From the NCBI GenBank assembly GCA_028534125.1, contig CM052818.1, forward strand, positions 36,706,001 through 36,770,000: a stretch of DNA of 64,000 bases. Direction: 5' to 3'. Shown piece by piece: positions 60,661 through 64,000 of the stretch (positions are counted from its first letter, which is position 1; every line of letters begins with the position of its first letter). The DNA is from Lama glama. Taxonomy: Eukaryota. The notes below the pieces were generated by a model that saw only the letters and a list, made by a program, of their open reading frames with translations, had not been told where the DNA came from and made no database searches. Position numbers and translations under genes: made by a program.

Positions 60661-62506
60661 AATGAGCATGATTATCCAATCTTCACTAGCCATGCATTCT
60701 CAGGTGATACACACAGGTACACACACGCATGTGCACGCACACGCTTAGAAGTCCCCAAAGTGCCAGGGAAACTTACATAAGTAGTCATTTACTGACTTAA
60801 AACATAAATGATTTGAAACAGATGCATTTGCCACCTCTAGCAACAGTAAACCCCAAGCACGTGTTCTAGAAGTATCCAGCAGGAGTGACATGACTGTTCT
60901 GCAGGGGCTGTGCATGGAGGGGACGGCAAGTCAGGCCTGTGGGGGTGAAGGGTGGAGGGCTGGGAAGGAGGTGAGTGAGGAGGGCCCGTCAGTAAATGAA
61001 CTACAGGTGAGTGGGAGGGGAGAGTCTGAGCAGCGGTCTCAATTGGGAAACTTCCAGGTCAGAGGCTCTAAACTGGATTTGGAGAATGCACCTGGGGATG
61101 TGATAGGTGGGATTCCACACACCCTTTTGAGGAAAGCTGTAAGGAAGCCCTGCGTTGTTCTTCAGGGAGAAAGACGTTCTGTTGTTTCACGCACTTCCCA
61201 CTGGAGCCTGGGCCACGGGGGAACGTAGCTGTGTTTGGGTTACTTGCCTAGGACACTCAGGATAGACGAAGAGCTCAGAGGGAGTCCCTGAGCACAAGTC
61301 ACGGCCCAGGAGGATGAGAGGCTCCCACAGCCCCGCTAGTGAGGGTCTGGATGATGCTCCCCTGAGACCCCCTCCCCACACTGAGGCTTGGCCTCCCCTG
61401 ACCTACCCCACCACCAGCAACAGGCCCGCCAGGCTGCAGGGCAATCAGACACTGCAGAAATGATGGAGGCCACTTCCCTCCGAGGGAAAGAAGAGCCCAG
61501 AGTTCTTCTTTAGACTGCTTGGGAATTTGAGAGGCAAGAGCATTGACTCTGCAGATGTTTGAGAAATTCTCAAAGAGGATTTGAAAGCAAGGGCCAACAG
61601 ACCACTGGAGAGCCTCCTGCAGGGCAGAAGGAGTCCCTCTGTGAAGAGAAATGACCCCATGCTGGAGGAGCTGGACACAAGGGTCCATCCGTGAGGTGAC
61701 CATGAGGGGGCCCCAGCCCACATGTCAGTTTAGGAGAATCACATGGGCTCCTCCAGAGAGAAGAGAAGCAATAAGAAGGTGGGGAAAAAATCACTTCCCA
61801 CGATGTAAACAGCTCCTCCAGGGACCACTTGTGGATCCTAGACAAAGCCACCTGCTCTGCTGGGGCCGAGGCGGTGAGGGAGCCCAGCCCTCTGTCCACA
61901 CGCCCCACACCTGGAGGCCATCCACCCTGGATGGTGCCACAAGAGCATGTCGGCATCACCCCCAGAAGGGCCCCCAGTGACCCACCCAGACACACCTCCC
62001 AAGGCGTGTTCTCATGGCCTCCAGCGTCAGCGTGGGGCCTGCTCCTGCACATCTTTCCATTCAGCTGGACTAACCCAGCCCAGGGTGGAGCCTTCTGGAA
62101 TCCTTTACAGGTCCTTGACCACCCCTCAGCACAGGTACCACGGGCTAGGCCCTCATCAAAGGCCCAAGCTCACGCCCAGGGGACCCTGCAGGACCACTGG
62201 GTGGCCCTGGCTCCTGTCGCCCTGGCAGGAGTCTCCAGGATCCAGAGGCCGGTCTCCAGGTACTGGAGGGTAAATCTGCAAGACCCATTCACAGGCTGCT
62301 ATGGTTGAATGACTTGAGTTTTCATTTTCTAAGAAACAGGGACATAAATGGCTTGTTGGCATTTTACTGACAGAGGTGTGGGCGAGTGACTGGATCCCTC
62401 ACAGGCTTGGCGCTGAACGGGAAATTAAAGGCCCCCGACAGGGAGCACGGCGTCATCTGTCAGGAACTCAAGGCAGCGCCTCTGTCTGCTGACTGCCTGC
62501 CTGTGC

Positions 62507-62745
62507 AAGCACACACACTCACAGGCACAGAGAGACACACCCAGACACACAAAGGTACACAGAGAGCCACACTCAGACACATACACACGGACCACAGAGA
62601 CACACACACTCACACACACACTCACAGACACACCCACATACACACACAGACCCACAGACACACAGAGATATGCACAGAGCCACACTCAGACACATGCACA
62701 CGGACCACAGAGACACACACACTCACACACAGACACACACACTCA
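62507..62745. repeat. CA-rich compound repeat with an internal higher-order duplication
   Basis: agagccacactcagacacat[a/g]cacacggaccacagagacacacacactcacacac at 62563 and 62676. Confidence 0.9.
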
Positions 62746-63134
62746 TCTAAAACTTTCTAACCTTCAGGACAAGCAGAAGAGACTCTACCAGAAATCCTGT
62801 GTTTCCTCCCTCAAGAAGAAGACATCTAGGCAGAGGACAAAGAAGAGGCTGAGGCTGCCAAGAATCTGACCTCCATTCACCTTCATCCCGCAGGTGAGCC
62901 CCGATGGTGCCCCATCCTGCTCTCCTGGTGCTGACCTGTCTAGTGTAGGGAGGAGCAGACACACCGTGGGCAGTGGACACATCAGAGATCACCACAACAC
63001 AGGGCACCCCCCGGAGATGCCAAAGGACAGGCTCCAACCATCGTCCAGTGTATAACACAAAACAGGGGCTCAAGGGCTCAGAGGGGCGGGAACAGGATAG
63101 ACAGAACACTGGGCAGGAGTCATGGGGTGGAGAT

Positions 63135-63240
63135 GAGCCTCGGCTGCACCACTGAGTGAGTCACAGGACCTTTCTGGGCCTCAGTTTCCCTTTGTAAAAA
63201 GGGAATACAGTTTCCAGAAGGTTGTTATGAGGATTGGGTT
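63135..63240 (+). mobile_element. MIR fragment
   Basis: acctttctgggcctcagtttccctttgtaaaaagggaata...ggttgttatgaggatt. Confidence 0.8.
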
Positions 63241-64000
63241 AAGGGAAGAAATGTTGATGGAAGCTTCAAGATGGGGACTGGCCCCGTGTCTGTACTGTCC
63301 CTGATGACTGGAAAGGAGCAGGAGGAACCCAAAGGGGCTTCTTGCAGGGGCTGGGATCTATGCTGGGATGTGATGGTCGGGTAGGACTTAGGTAGGTGAT
63401 GGGTTCTATACATGCCTGTGTGCACCTACCATGCTCTTTTCAGACACTCTCCTGCCCAGAGCCCACACCGAGGACTGTGGCCCCGGCAGGACCATTCCTG
63501 GCAGAAGGGCGGACACAGGTGGGACTAGAGACGGGCCCTTGACCAAAAGGCAGTCAACACTCAGTCCAGCAGGCACTCTACGGAGAAGCTTTGGCCCAAA
63601 GAGCTCTGCCCAGTGGGGCAGCGCCAATTCGCTAAGCCCACTGGACTCTGTTCCTTTGGAATTCTCACTAGAAAATATACATTGTGCATCAGCTGATTGC
63701 AGGGAAAAAAAGAAGAAAGACAGAGGCTGGGCCTGAGCAGGCCTGAGGTGAAGACGTGCAGACACCCACGTCAGCGAGGAGGACACAAGGGGGCGATCTG
63801 GTCCTTGGAGCCAGCAGTCTTCCGTTCCCATGGGATTCCTTCTCCCCTAAGGGAGTTTCTGACCCTTGCAGCCAGAAGGGTGAGAGGCAGTGGTAACATC
63901 GAAAGTTTGGGGGCAGCAAAGAAGGCAAGGAGACTGGGGACTGAGGGGCCACCAAAACGTTGGGTGAGTTCCCGCTGGGGGCAGCTCTGAACTGCTGAGG

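Noticed and set aside
62386..62760. His/Thr-rich ORF
   Set aside because: Translation of the CA-rich repeat.
1..64000. Inferring a host-gene strand from L1/LTR orientation bias
   Set aside because: L1s and LTRs occur on both strands and are too few to give a signal.

Overview
Mammalian (eutherian) non-coding genomic DNA, either intergenic or deep intronic. I found no convincing protein-coding exon, structural RNA gene, CRISPR array or prokaryote-type system. There are two assembly gaps (500 N at 2874-3373 and 100 N at 9824-9923). Much of the window is decayed interspersed repeat: MIR, L2, CR1/L3, old L1M elements, ERVL/MaLR LTRs and hAT/Tigger DNA transposons. It also has three younger cetartiodactyl-type L1 3' ends, and I saw no lineage-specific tRNA SINE, which tentatively points to a camelid. 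Repeat family names come from recalled consensus sequences, not a database search, and their boundaries are approximate unless a target-site duplication (TSD) is given. The best non-repeat observations are a near-canonical REST/NRSF RE1 site (6804-6824), a gap-free 199-bp local duplication at about 94% identity (11851-12049 / 12956-13154), a PBX-HOX plus homeodomain-dimer motif cluster (about 20.9-21.1 kb), a CTCF/YY1/CRE/Z-DNA cluster (36.7-38.6 kb), and a nested L2 fossil that still reads through its RT YADD motif. I cannot support a claim of a new biological system from this sequence alone.
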